From Lama guanicoe (Eukaryota): a stretch of 64,000 nucleotides of DNA. Made by a program: the position numbers and the translations under genes. The stretch covers positions 1,145,103-1,209,102 of the forward strand of contig MU053520.1 in assembly GCA_013239625.1 (NCBI GenBank), in the 5' to 3' direction. Shown here in pieces: positions 1 through 12,983 of the stretch (positions within the stretch are counted from its first letter, which is position 1; each line of letters begins with the position of its first letter). The notes beneath the pieces are model-generated. The model worked only from the letters and a program-made list of their open reading frames with translations. It ran no database searches and had not been told where the DNA came from.

Positions 1-456
1 TGCATAAATCATAACAGACATAAAATATAACAGGCATCACTATTAGGGGAAGAAAAAATAAAGCCAGCAAACATGCTCTGCAAATTGTAACGCACCACAT
101 AAACCTAAACTATTATGATTCTAGATGCTACAGTAAATACACAATATGCCTTAAGAAAGTGTTCCACTGTACAAAGGAAATTCAGCATCCTCACGTCATT
201 CTTTCCAGGGAAGATGTGCCGCCTACACTTCAGCTCCACTTTTCTCCTTATCTTCGGCAGACCCTCTCCTCCATCCTTCCATGGCACTGTCCTGATGCAA
301 TCTGGAATCTGAGCCATTTACAGCCACTGCCTGTCCTCTGACTGCTATGTGTGCATACCTACTGGTGGAAGTCACATGACCTACAGAGTGGGGCCACTGT
401 AAAGTCACGGTCTCCAAATTCGCTTAGTCTCCTGGTTCTCTCCAGTTAAGACCTTT

Positions 457-1008
457 TGTTAGGTAGGTAGTTAAGTGGAAGCACTGGGCAGATAAGGTGA
501 AGGAGATGGAGGATGGTCCAGAAGATGGTGGTATGCCTGTCTGCAGCATATAGAGGCTTTACTTCCTCTAAATGAGTGCCAGCAAAGAACTGGTGAGAAC
601 CTGACGGCTACCACTGCACAGCAGTGACAAGGACCTAACCAGACACGACCCAATGCTCATTGTAATATAATTAGCATTGCAGTTAGGCCACTCCTGCCAT
701 AGGCTTTTCTGTGCGATTCGTGGATAAGGACATGCACAGAGAGGGGGTCGGCATGACTAAGCTCCAGGGACAAGAGCCATCAGTCAATCAAGAGACCACC
801 TCTAAGCGAGGGTGTAAGAGAAAGGGACAAAGACCGCTGCTCTCCACCCCTGGATCAGCCTGCCTCCCGTTCTTGGAGGTACACACTCCCTTTGCTAAAT
901 AAATCCTCTAGACTCCTTCACTCCACAACGCTTTGTCTCCCATCCGAATTCCTATCTTTTGGGTAAGACAAGAACTGGGGTCTTTTTCCTTCCCCTTTTG
1001 GGGTAACA
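457..1008 (+). mobile_element. ERV1-type solo LTR (family A, copy 1)
   Basis: Termini TGTTA...TAACA, AATAAA near 898, near-perfect 4-bp TSD (CTTT/CTTG). Clearly similar to 30689-31222, 40166-40723 and 60172-60715. Confidence 0.85.
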
Positions 1009-1141
1009 CTTGGACTCCTTACTCATCACTTTCTACTCTTCACAGCAGCAGCTAAGCCTGTGCTGTGTTCTCAAATCTCCCATCCCCCCAGCAACTCACA
1101 CACTCCCAGCTGATCATCTATTCTATACATTTGCTTCACAG

Positions 1142-1190
1142 ATACACACAGACACACACAGACAGACAGACAGACACACACACGCACACA
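1142..1190. repeat. (CA)n/(CAGA)n compound microsatellite
   Basis: Direct sequence inspection. Confidence 0.9.
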
Positions 1191-1339
1191 AAGTTACTGG
1201 ACTCCTTCAGCTTCCTGCCATCTTAAGGGTCTTACCTGGATCCATCAGGTACTCCCTTCCTTTAATGTCACTTAAAGGCTGCCCCTTCCCTTACCTAAAA
1301 ATCATCACCCACACTCACCCCCACCTTCTCACTCTTATT

Positions 1340-1625
1340 TCTTTTAAAAACTTCTTTATTAAAACATAATTCACCTACCAGACACCAACTTACTTAAAGT
1401 GTACCATTTAATGGTTTTTAGTATATTCACACAGCTGAGTCACCATCACCACAATCAATTTTAGGAAATTTTTACCCCTTTCTGAAATAGCCTTACCCAC
1501 TGACAGTCACTCCTCATTGCTCTGACCCATCCACCCTCACCCTCCAGCCCTAGGCAATCACTAACCTATTTTCTATCTCTACAGATTTTCCTGTCTGGGG
1601 ACATTTCATGTAAATGGAGTCATAC
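1340..1625 (-). mobile_element. Old L1M (L1MB-like) 3' end fragment, flanked by L2-like sequence
   Basis: TTTATT...AAAGTGTAC...TTTTTAGTATATTCAC...GGCAATCACTAACCT pattern typical of L1MB 3' ends. Confidence 0.7.
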
Positions 1626-2002
1626 ACTCTACGGAGGCCTCACTCGTTTTTCCCTCTACCCCTTGAATTTTTAATATCTCCTCCTCTACTTGCTCTTTCC
1701 CATAAGGATTACACATGTTCAAATTTTGTCCATCTTTAAATCAAACCAAACAAAATATAATTAACCACCAGCACCCCACCCTACTTCAGTTTCCGCACCG
1801 TCTCCTTCCCAGCTAAGCTTTTTTAAAAGAATTGCTTCTGGCTATCCACATTCTCACTTCCACCCACTCCTCAAACCACTTCCAACTGTTCCCCACCAAG
1901 GTCACTAACAACCTCCTTCTTGCTAAAGTCTGTGGATTGCTAACACCTGACGATCAAAAGTCACTTCCTCTAGGAAGTCTTCCTAATCCATCACATCTAG
2001 AT

Positions 2003-2220
2003 CAGAGCTTCTCCATCCTGGCACGATTGACGGTTGGGGATGAATGATCATCTGATTTGGGGGAATGTCTGTGTACTAGAGGTTGTTTAGTGCATCTCTG
2101 GCCTCTATCCACTAGACGCCAGTAACATCCCCTGCTCCCCAACTATCACAACCAAATATGGTCACATATGTTACCAACTGTCCCTTGGGAAGCAAAATTA
2201 CCCCTGCCTGAGAACTGCTG
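2003..2220 (+). mobile_element. MER20-like hAT-Charlie DNA transposon
   Basis: CAG...CTG termini, about 218 bp, 8-bp TSD ATCTAGAT (1995-2002) / TTCTAGAT (2221-2228). Confidence 0.85.
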
Positions 2221-3160
2221 TTCTAGATAACGTGCTTTTCCTGCATCCCTCAGGCTATGCTTGGTTTCTCTTTCCACAGTACCGTTGCATTGCATTTAGT
2301 TATTTGTGTGCAATGCTGAAACCCAAACTTGACCAAGATTTATGTATCAGGATCAATGGTTATCTGATTCATTACAATTTCCTCTGCACTTGGAATAGTG
2401 CCTGGCTCGCAGTAATGAATACATATTTGTTGAGTGGATGAATGGAGTGCCTTTTTGGCTTGTAAGGTTCGAGTAAGTAATGGGAGCCTCTTGAAGAACT
2501 TATTTTTTTCTCTATAGATTTTGTTTATTGTCTTTTTCTTTTTGCTGTGATTATATATTGTTATAAGGAGTTTGTTTAGGACCATAGCTAAAAATCGTGA
2601 CACCCGAATCAAAGTTTACGAGTAGAAAGCAGAGAGGAAAGAAGGAAAATATTGATCTTGCATATAACCCTGTTACTCTCCACTGTCTTCGTGGCTCAGC
2701 CTTTTAATCACAAGCACATTCATCCGAATGCTTTATATTATTGGGTTTCAAAAGTGGCTTCAAAATATCTCCACAACTAACTCTTGTTGGTCCCATTTCT
2801 AAATTCTGTCAATCATCTCAGAATTCTCTCTTGTGTTGCATCCCCTCTGATATTAATTCTGTATTTCCCAGAGGGAGGTAGTTCATAGTTACACCCTCTA
2901 GAATCATAAAACCTCAGAACTGGCTGATTAAAACACACTTTTACAATGAGGAAATTAACCCATAAGTCACATGTTAAGGGTTCAGGAATAATCTTTGAAG
3001 AATTAAACTAGAAGAAATGATTCTTGATTTTTCAATAAGCAAGATTTGATCATCTTTAAATAGGTCTCACTTGTTGACTACTTACTATGTGCCACTGAGT
3101 CTCACATGTACCCCTGGTCTCATTCCATCTTCACAGCATTACAAGGCGTCTTTACAATAT

Positions 3161-3255
3161 TAAAAATGTATAACTGAAACATTGTGTTCTATGCTGGAAT
3201 TTGACACAACATTGTAAAATGGCTATAACTCAATAAAAAAAAGTTTACAAAAAAA
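3161..3255 (+). mobile_element. Short camelid L1 3' end with A tail
   Basis: GGAATTTGACACAACATTGTAAAATG...CAATAAAAAA, matching 53805-53885 and 59395-59470. Confidence 0.8.
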
Positions 3256-4627
3256 TAGCAGCATGAGGACTAGCTGATAGAGCTCCCTCTAACGGATCCC
3301 AGAGCCAGTACTCCAAACTGCCTGTGCTATACACCAATACCACTATTGAAGGGTTTTCCTGTGTTTTGTTGAGATTCTGCCACAATTAGCACAGGAGGTC
3401 CTTAGGAGATACTCCATGTCTAGCAGGTGATTTCATGTTATTCCAAATGCTATCTTAGGTTTCTGTTACGGTGATAGAGGACTATAACCAACAGCATATA
3501 ACCATGAAGGACATCAAAGGAATTGGAAAGAAAACTAGAAAAGAGGGGAAAACGATGTATGAGAGGAATTCTGTAATTTCCAGGCTGATGCCAAGACAAA
3601 AGCTAACGTATCACTATCAGTTTACCCTGGCCACGTAACACAGGGTTTTTAGGTGGGCTGAACTGGCTTTACAGTATAGGATTTTGACAGAGTGCATGTC
3701 CAAGACCCAAGTTACTTCATGAAATGGCACATTTTAATGGCTTTGAATATCCATTCAGACACATCAGGAAATAACTCTTGTGGACAGCTAAGTTTCCTGT
3801 TTACAGCATTTCCCCATTTAAACCAGTTGGTTTAAAAATGAATTTTATGGCAATTAAAAAAAGCTGTAAATATTAGCTCTTCTGCAACGTATACCTTCTA
3901 AACCCCCAATGTCTTGAGATTAACACTCCTCCCTGTCACTTTCTGACTTGGGCTGGAGAAGGATTACAGGCATCACTGTGTGCATCACAGGTGTGTGACT
4001 CTGGAGGCCTCCCCATCTGGCACAGCGTGTGCTGCTTCCCTTCCTCCCCTGGCACGAATTTCACTCCGCTAGTTGTCTGCTGCGCCAGTGCCACTGTTTC
4101 CTGAACCCGTATCTTTTTTTTTTTTATTATTTCATCATAAGTAGCAATGGTTTTTCTCTCTGTACCATATAAGAATAAGTGGATTTTGGGAGTTGTTTTC
4201 TTGATCTAACTAGGGACTGTATCGGTTAGCAGAATAGAAGAGAAATAACAGGTTGGATACCATTATTATCTTCTTGGAAGTCCTCATATTTTATAGCTCG
4301 ACAACCTCTTCATAGCCAGTAATCTGCTCTCATCTGGGTCTAATTCTGTCTTTGGCTACAGGAGCACCATCAGTATTCACTTATATTCAAAACATTTAAC
4401 AGCTGGTAAGGCACAGGTACAGACTAGTCAGGGGCCTTCCAGCCACAAACAGCAGGTGCAGCCATATCTGGGTTCCCTGTTGAACATCAGTCCTTCATGG
4501 AAGGTGAACAGGGTCTCACTCTAGCCAGATGCCTTTTCCAAGTGATGAGGCATCAGTTCCCTGGGAAGTACTCCTTATTTTGTATGCAAATCACGTCAAT
4601 GTCCCTAGAATTTACTCTTGCAATACC

Positions 4628-4741
4628 TTTTTTTTTTCAGATTAAAAAACGTTTTAATTGAAGTATAGTTGATTTACAATGATGTATTAGTTTCTGGCGT
4701 ACAGCACAGTGATTCAGTTATACATACATACATATTTTTTG
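4628..4741 (-). mobile_element. L1 3' end fragment (older cetartiodactyl type)
   Basis: Poly-T followed by ATTGAAGTATAGTTGATTTACAAT...CAGTGATTCAGTTATAC. Confidence 0.75.
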
Positions 4742-5474
4742 ATGGGATCCTAGTAACCTTTATCTCTTAGACAAAACATACATACTTCTACAGTTATGTT
4801 GGATTCTTATTTTTCTTCAAAGGATGTCCTTGATGTTCATTTTAATCTGATTTCATTCTGTGAAACTATTAGGGAGAGAGCACACAGCTGTGTTTAGACC
4901 TTATCCTCTAGAGTCAAGGCCTCTGCAGAATTCTTGAAATTTCAGTTAACTAGGAATAGTACCTCCCTTAGGTATATGCAGGGGAACCTCTGTCCTGGGT
5001 CTCAGAATTTAGAGGGCCTTGCTCTGTCTTTCCTCTGGCTTCATGGGGCTGAGGGTTGGAGGGATCAAGGCTGCTCACCTGGAGATTGTACTCTCCTTCT
5101 TCCTCCTAAATTATGTTCTAGGTAACTCAGACTCCAAAATTCTCTGCCTAAATGGCCTTTAGTTACTTTCAGGGCCTGTGTGGTCCTCTTCGCTTTTCTC
5201 CTAAAAGCAGGCTGCACCGATGTGTGTCCCCTAGGCCCAACTGATGGCCAAAGAGCAGCGTTTGCACAGTGGGGGTTAGGGAGCAGATGGATCTTGGACT
5301 TCAACCTTGCTTTGAAGGCTTCTGAGGGTGTGGGATGAAACTGGGAGTACGATGAGACATTGATAGACCCTTTGCCTTGGGTTACAAATGTGGTGGGTGG
5401 CCTGATAAGGGATCTTGAACGACGGTTGACAGTAGAGGAATCTTCCAGGGGAGCAAGAGCTGGACTGGTCTCTT

Positions 5475-6183
5475 TTGTTTGTTTTGTTTTTCGTTTAGTT
5501 TTGTTTTAATTCAAGTGTAGCTGATGTACATTATTATATATTATAGGTGTATGATATAGTGATTTATAATTTTTAAAGTTTATACTCCATTTATAGTTAC
5601 TATAAAATATTGGCTACATTTCCTGTGTTGTATAATATGTCCCTGAAGCTTATTTGTTTTATATGTAGTAGTTTGTACCTCTTAATCCCCTACCCCTAGA
5701 TTGCCGCTCCCTCATACTGTCTCCCCACTGATAATCACTAGTTTGTTCTCTGTATCTGTGAGTCGGCTTCTTTTTTGTTATATTAAGTAGTTTGTTGTCT
5801 TCTTTAGATTCCACATATAAGTGATACACAGTATTTGTCTTTCTCTGACTTATTTCACTTAGCATAATACCCTCCAAGTCCATCCATGTTGCTGCAAATG
5901 GGAAAATTTCATTCCTTTTAATGGGTGAGTAGTATTACATTGTGTGTGTACACCACATCTTGTTTATCCATTCATCTGTTGAGGGACACTTAGATTGCTT
6001 CCATATCTTGGCACTAGTAAATAGTGCTGTTGTGAACATTGGGTATATGTATCTTTTAGAATTAGAGTTTTCTTTTTTTCTTTTTTTTTGGATATATATC
6101 CAGGAGTGCAATTATTGGGTCAAATGGTAGTTATATTTTTAGTTTATTAAGAAACCTACATACTGTTTTCCACAGTAGCTGCA
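5475..6183 (-). mobile_element. 5'-truncated L1 (ORF2 C-terminus plus 3' UTR)
   Basis: 14-bp TSD TGGACTGGTCTCTT at 5461-5474 and 6184-6197. Translation MDLEGIMLSEISQ is the ORF2 C-terminus. Confidence 0.92.
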
Positions 6184-7289
6184 TGGACTGGTCTCTTGAA
6201 TTCTGGGAATTTTGGTAAAATCAAATGACTTCTGGACTATTAAGAGCTAAAAATTGCTAAATAGCTGCTTAACTAACTACATTTTAGGGCAATGAATTAT
6301 TTCGACGTTTCTTCTGTGAGATTATGAGCTGAAGCACTGGTTCCTGTTAATATATATAGCAAAATTATGAGATTGTATTCTCTCTTTTAGGAAAACTGTC
6401 AAGTTGTTAAGCTACTTTTCCTTGATAAGTGGTATAATCTTTTCTTTGTGGTCTAAGGGATTAGTGTATAGAGCCTCACAGATAGTAGCAAGGACATGAG
6501 ACTTCAATGTTGGCAGTTTAATGGGTACATAATGGAGAGGAATACTAGGGACTCATTATAATGAGGCATTTAAAATAGTTTTAAAAAATGGAAAGCTTTG
6601 AGGGCAATGAAGAAATAAACAATTTGGAGGACTGGTGTTACTGTGGCTAAAATGAATTTTAATGATGCCTTTTTTTGTCTTCTCCACAATACCTTTGAAT
6701 AATAGTGAAATCAATGCAGATTCTAAGCTATGAATACCTCCCACCACCCACCACCATCTCCTAGTGGAGACGAAGTGCCTTCAGTTTCTGAAAAGTGCGA
6801 CTCTAAGATCTTCCTCCTGTATACTCAGAGATACACACAGGGGTCATCTCTAGGCAACCAAAGTTGCAAACGCATAGTGCCAGGGATCAGTCCCGTACTT
6901 GAAGAGGACCAATTACACATTCCAATGGGTAGGCTGACCTCTGAAAGCAGACACCTATAGTACTTGTCAGACTCCTGTGAGAGGACCTGAAAGGAAGGAG
7001 GATCTTCCATTTCTGTTGACATTAGCAGGTAGATGGAGCTGCCTGTGTTTATCTGTGTGCTCCTTGGATTGCCTTAATGGCCTGAGTATCTTGTTTTCAG
7101 AGTCAATCACATAGAAATTTACCTAATTGTTTCCAGTCATTTTGACATTTGAAAAGAACCATTCATAAATCAAGTCAACCATCCCTGGGCTTCTAAAAGA
7201 GAGCAGACATGGATGGTACGCATTAATTTTGACTATCTCCTATATGTATGTAGCATAAGAGGCCTTTTTGGTCAGCTTAATTATTGATA

Positions 7290-7640
7290 GTTATTGCAAT
7301 ATAGTGGTTAAGAATATGGACCTAGGATGGGAGTCAGAGACAACTGGAACTCTTGGCTCTGCCAATTACTAAAGTATGATTTTGGATAACTTACCCTCAC
7401 AAAGCCTCCTTTTCTGAGATTGTTAAATGTAGATAATTAATCGCAGCTACTTCTTGGGGTTGTTATGAGGGTCAATAAGGTGCTGAGACTAGTGCCTGAT
7501 ACAAACACTCAAAAATGGGAGTTACTATTATATTCATGGCTATCACAATGGCATTTATTAAGTTTAGGTAATAGATCCACTTTACAGATGAGGAAACAAA
7601 GGCCAGTGGAGGTGTAACGATTTCCAAAGCCTGTGCTTTT
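7290..7640. mobile_element. MIR SINE relics (two fragments)
   Basis: GTGGTTAAGA...GGAGTCAGA core and TTTACAGATGAGGAAAC core motif. Confidence 0.6.
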
Positions 7641-8686
7641 TGTACATTGTACATCATACAATAGATAATGTGACCACCATTCTTAAGATGGTTTGAAAAC
7701 TGCCTGAAGCTGTGATTCTCAGAGGAGCCAAAACATATTCTATACAACAGTGTATTTCTCTACTCCTCATACCCACACATAAAGCAGCCAACCTGAAGGA
7801 CAGTATTCATATGGATGTGTAAGTTTTCTCATGTGTCTTTATAAAATTCACGTTACTTCGTGGAAAAAATCCCTATTGTTTTTGCTCTTTTACTCACACT
7901 TCCAAAGCTGTCTGACTTTTTTTCTTTCAGAATCAACTGGCAAGATGTTCTGGAAACAAGATGTTTCTTAGCAACATTTTGTTTATATCGATAAAAACAT
8001 AACCTTTGCTGCCACCTACTAGAGGGAAGAGATCCTCAGCATTTAAATGATGTATACTTATTGGAGCTCTTGGTTCTAGTTTGTGTATATAGTCCTGTGT
8101 GATTTTCTTTCCCTAAGATGGGAGTGTCCTTCATTTTAACCATAGTTCTTCCTCAGGGCTGTAGCTAATTGCATAGCATCTCCTGGATCCTCACAACTGT
8201 GTACATGTGCACGTGTGTGCACACAAGCTCACAAGTTATGCATGTGCATGTTTTAAAAGAAACATAAGATTTGTTTTTTTTCTGTCTCTGCTGTTTTGCA
8301 GTAGATCTTCCTCTTTCTACCTCTATGCCTTAGATCCTGTCAAAATAATTCCTCCTGCAACTTTTTGATTATTTAGAGGATTTACTCTTTCCCTAAAGAA
8401 AATTCACTGAACTCAGAAAGCTGTTTAGAAAAACCTCACAAAAAAAATCAGTAAGTCTTGAGAATAACTGGGCTTCTCCATATCTCCATTATAGAATAGA
8501 AATGTTGGCTGTGGATGATCAAATCTTTCAGAGAGGACAGCCTCCTGACCTAAGGGAAGTCACTTTCAAGTGGGAATTTGCAACCAGTGAGGGCTTAGCC
8601 TCAGAGAAACAGGAGATACTGACTAGAGAGGTATTTGAGGGGGTTCAAGTTATTTATTTTTACAAAAGTTTCCCTTAGGCTGCTTC

Positions 8687-9083
8687 TGTATTAATTAACT
8701 TTCTCCAGAGAAATGGAACCAAAGGAATGAGACAGAGGAGATTTATCTTAAGAAATTGACTCGTGATTGTGGGAATTGGTGAATCCAAATTCTACAGGGC
8801 AGGCCAGCAGATAGGGCACCAGGGGAAGAGTTGCTGTTGCAGTCTTGAGTCTGAAAATGATCTGGAAGTAAAAGTCCTTCTTCTTTGTGGTCCTCAATCT
8901 TTTCTCTTGAAGTCTTCAACTGATTGGATGAGGCCCACCCACATCATGGAGGCTAATCTGCTTTACCCCAAGTCTACTAATTTTAGATTTTAGTCACATC
9001 TAAAAAATACCTCACTACAAAATCTATACTGGTGTCTGGGCACCATCGCCTAATCAAGTTGACATGTAAAATTAAACATGACA
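8687..9083 (-). mobile_element. MLT2 (MLT2D-like) ERVL solo LTR
   Basis: TG...CA termini, perfect 5-bp TSD GCTTC (8682-8686 and 9084-9088), MLT2 motif CTGATTGGATGAGGCCCACCCACAT. Confidence 0.88.
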
Positions 9084-9254
9084 GCTTCCCAGTCAACACT
9101 GATCCTCTTTTCTTGTTGTCATTGGGAGGTAGGCAAAATCTCCAACATCTACCTGGCGTATTCTGGGTATCTAAAATCACCGGAAGCATCAGTTACCCGG
9201 GTCATGCTATGGAACATGCCATAAGATTATAGCTGGATTTCTTCTGAAATTCCT

Positions 9255-11065
9255 TTTTGCATTTTGAGATAGTAATAAATACATACATCATTGTAAGAAA
9301 AATGCAGAGAAATTCTGTATACCCTTTACCCAGTTTCTCCCAAAGGTAACATCTTGTGAAACTATAGTACAATATCACAGCCAGAATATTAACATTGATA
9401 TATTCAAGATACAGAACATTTCCATGACTACAAGGATCACTCATGTGTCCCTTTTATAGCCACATCCACTTCCTTCCTGCCTCTACCACCTACTTAACTG
9501 CTGGCAATCACTAATCTGCTCTCTATTTCTGTAACATTGTCATTTCAGGAATGTTATATAAATGAAATCATGTTACATAACTTTTGAGGATTGACCTTTT
9601 TCATGCAGCATAGTTCTCTGAAGATTCATATAAGTTGTTGCACGTACCAATAGTTTGTTCTTTTTATTGCTGAATAGTATTCCATGGCATGGTTTTTTTA
9701 ACCATTCACCTATTAAAGCGCATCTGGGTTGTTTCTGGCTCTAGCTATTAGAAATAAAAGTGATGCAAGCATTTTTGTACAGGTTTTGTGGGAAGATAAC
9801 ATTTTTATTTCTCTGGGATAAATATCAAGGAGTGCAATGGTTGGGACACATGGTGGTTACATATTAAACTTGCTAAGAAATTGTCAAACAGTTTTCCAGA
9901 GTGACTGCAACATTTTACATTCCCTCTAGCAATGCTTGAAACATCCAGTTTCTCTGCATCCTTGACAGCATTTGGTGTTGTCATTATTCTTTATTTTATC
10001 TATTCTGATGGAGTAAGGTGATAGCTCATTGTGATTTTCATTTGCATTTCTCTAATAACACATGTTGTTGAATATCTTTTCATGTGCTTACTTGACACCT
10101 GTATATCTTCTTCATCGGAAGATTTCCTCAAATCCTTTGCCCATTTTGTAACTGGATTGTTTGGCTTTTTCCTGTTGAGTTTTATGAGTTCTTTTTATAT
10201 TCTAGATGCTAGTCCTCCATGTGATATGAGGTTTCCAGGTATTTTCTCACAGTCTGTATCTTGTCTTTCATCCTTTTAACAGGGTCATTCTCTGAGCAAA
10301 AGGTTTTGTTTCATCTTTACAAAGGTCAATTTATCATTTTTTTTCTTTTATGAATTGTGTTCTTGGTGTTGACTTTAAGAATTTTTTACATAGCCATACA
10401 TTTCTAAAGATTTTCTCTCATTTTTTTCTAAAATTCTTACAGATTTATTTTTAAACTGAAATCTGTCATGCATTTTGAGGTTTTTTAAAAATAAATTAAG
10501 AAGTTTAGGTGAAGGTTTTTCACTTGTTTGTTTTGCCTATAAATGTCCAGTTGCCCCAGTACCATTTGCTGTAACAGCTATCTTTCTTTCATTAAATTAC
10601 ATCTGCCCCTTTGTCAAACATCAGCAGGACACATTTGTGTAGATCTATCTCCATGTCCTCTACTCTATTCCATTTATCATTTTGTCTCTGCCTTCACCAA
10701 GATCTGTCTTGATTAGAGTAGCTACATGGTATAAGTCTTAAATTCTGGCAGAGTGATTCTTTCCACTTTATTCTTCTTCAAAATTATTTTAGTCATTCTA
10801 GTTCTTTTGTATTTCCATATATATTTTATAATAATCTTGTCTATATCCATCAAATTTCTTGCTGGGATTTTGATAGTAATTTCACTGGCTCTGTATATCA
10901 AGTTGAAGAGAATTGATATCTAAAGATATCTATGTTAAATCTTCTATTCCATGAACACAGTTTTGTCTCTCCATTTATTTAAATTATTTTAAAAAATGTT
11001 TCTCATCAGCATTTTGTTATTTTTAGCATGCAATTTTTATATATGTTTTGTTATATTTATATCTA
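9255..11065 (-). mobile_element. Old L1M element (3' UTR plus degenerate ORF2)
   Basis: L1M-type 3' end followed by antisense ORF2-like sequence (ATTTGCATTTCTCTAAT, CCAGTACCATTTG); many stops. Confidence 0.8.
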
Positions 11066-11977
11066 TATTTCTTTCTTAAAAAAAGAAGACAATAAAAAAT
11101 ATTGATTTCTTTATTGAGGAGACATTAATCATTCTTGTCTCTATACTTCTATATATTCAGTGTTAATTATTTGGAGTTTTTGTTAATTTTTTTTAACTCC
11201 TGTGTTTACCATTTAGAAACAATATCTTCTGAGTGGGACATGCCAAAAATTGCTGATATAAGTGACAGAATCAGAGAAACCAAAAGCTGCAAATTAAGTG
11301 GGCTTGGTGAGATTTGTCCCTTACTGTTGTTTCTCACCAGAGGATGCAGCCCTTAGTGGAGTCCAAAGTCTTGTAATTCAGTTTTTCAGTCCTTCTTATA
11401 TGCAAAGCCAGACCTCACTATTTTTCAAGTCTCCTGATTATATAACCTTGTGCTAGGATGGCATTCTGATGGAGGGTAGGGGGTCAGAGGCAGAGCTTTG
11501 GACACCAAAAGTATACTTGACAGTGAAAAATGAAAATCCAGACATCAGCCCTCCTACTGGAATTAATTTGCAGCTCACAGGGTGAACTATTGATATGCAA
11601 TGGCCCTGTGGCAGCACGCATTTTTCATTGAGCCTGAACAATGTGTAGATAATGTGGTTGGTTTCTGAATTGAAGCTGTGTATTACAAATAACTTCTTTT
11701 CTCTGATTAATTGCAGAATTCTACTGTAGGTTCTGAGGTGTGATGTTCCCCAGCCACATCTCCTGAGGTTTCACGTGGAGGAAGAACACAATCCATAAGA
11801 CTGAGGATGGATCCTGGTCTATTGTACACAGTGTAATGGCAAGAAAATTCAACCTTAGACATCTCAGTTTCCCAGCCTGAGAGATCAAAGGTACATTGGG
11901 TAAACCGAACCATTGAAACAGATCAGTGAAACTCTGAAATATAAAAAAAGGAAAGAGGGTTGTGCTCAAAATTCTTT

Positions 11978-12059
11978 TTTTAACTTTAATTTTTTTTGGT
12001 GGGGAGAGGTAATTAGATTTATTTATTTTCAGAGGAGGTACTGGGGATTAAATCGAGCA
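11978..12059 (-). mobile_element. 5'-truncated camelid tRNA-derived SINE (vic-1-like)
   Basis: 15-bp TSD TGCTCAAAATTCTTT at 11963-11977 and 12060-12074. GGGGAGAGGTAATTAG...TTTATTTATT shared with 52461-52614. Confidence 0.85.
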
Positions 12060-12093
12060 TGCTCAAAATTCTTTGATTCAAGTTCCTCTAGCT

Positions 12094-12222
12094 GTGGTGA
12101 CCAATTTGTCCTGGCTTGTCCAGGACTTTCCTAGTTTTAACAATGAAAGTCTCATGACCCAGGGAACCCCTTGATCTCAGAAGCCCTGTCTACCCAGGAA
12201 AAGGAGAATTTTGGCCACCCTA
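12094..12222. mobile_element. MER81-like hAT-Blackjack MITE
   Basis: Terminal inverted repeats GGTGACCAA...TTGGCCACCCTA and internal TGAAAGTC motif. Confidence 0.65.
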
Positions 12223-12290
12223 CCTCCAGCTCTCCCTCATACTAACTTTGGGATTTCAAGTGGAACCTATCACTTGTCTGAGACTAGTTC

Positions 12291-12983
12291 TGAAACACAA
12301 TAGGACCCAATGGGGCCTTCCCCTGTGAGACCCTGCCATGTCCTCCATCTGCCTTTCATCTGTAGAAAAATTTTAGTCAAAGAATAAATTTAATCAGGGA
12401 AATTAGAAAATGCAGAAACAAAAGAAAGCAGTCACACAAGACCAAATAATAATAATTTAGTCATTAAACAAAGTCAAGAACCCTTAGCTCCTCTGCGAGG
12501 GCTACAGATAATATTGGAGCCATATGTCCTTGGAGCTGTTTTGTAGATACTGAAACCCCCAGCAGGTGGAGGAATTTAACTACATGATGACCAGACTGTA
12601 GCCATGACATAAGCTGCCACGATTCTGAGAATTTGCCTCAAGGAAATGGGAACAAACCCTGACCCTGGAACAGAAGATTTACTGTACTTAAGACAATTAA
12701 GACGATGCTGATCAGACCACCAAATGGCCAACTTCAAGATGACTGTCAGAGCTGCCTGTGCTGTTCTGCATGCAGTCCCCTCCCTCCACCTGTACACGCC
12801 TGAAACTCCCCTTTAAAAACTCTTGCCCACTGACCAGCAGTGGGTAGTTGGCCTTTGGACATGAGTCTGCCTTCTCCCCTGGTTGCTGGTGTCTGTAATA
12901 AAGCAAACTTTCCTTCTTACCAACATTTGTCTCTTGACTATTAGCTTTCCAGTGGTGAACAGAAGGACCTGAGTTAGGTAACA
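12291..12983 (+). mobile_element. ERV1-type solo LTR (family B, MER41-like 3' half)
   Basis: TG...GGTAACA termini, TTTAAAA TATA-like box near 12812, AATAAA near 12897. No clean TSD seen, so the 5' boundary is uncertain. Confidence 0.7.

Noticed and set aside
3249..3262. AAAAAAATAGCAGC downstream of two related L1 3' ends (also near 53929)
   Set aside because: Short and low complexity; the second copy lies outside its element's TSD, so probably chance.
7912..7990. Strong splice-acceptor-like CTGACTTTTTTTCTTTCAG
   Set aside because: No convincing downstream donor or recognisable coding frame.
8198..8225. 28-bp alternating purine-pyrimidine tract (Z-DNA candidate)
   Set aside because: Degenerate (TG/CA) microsatellite, common in mammals.
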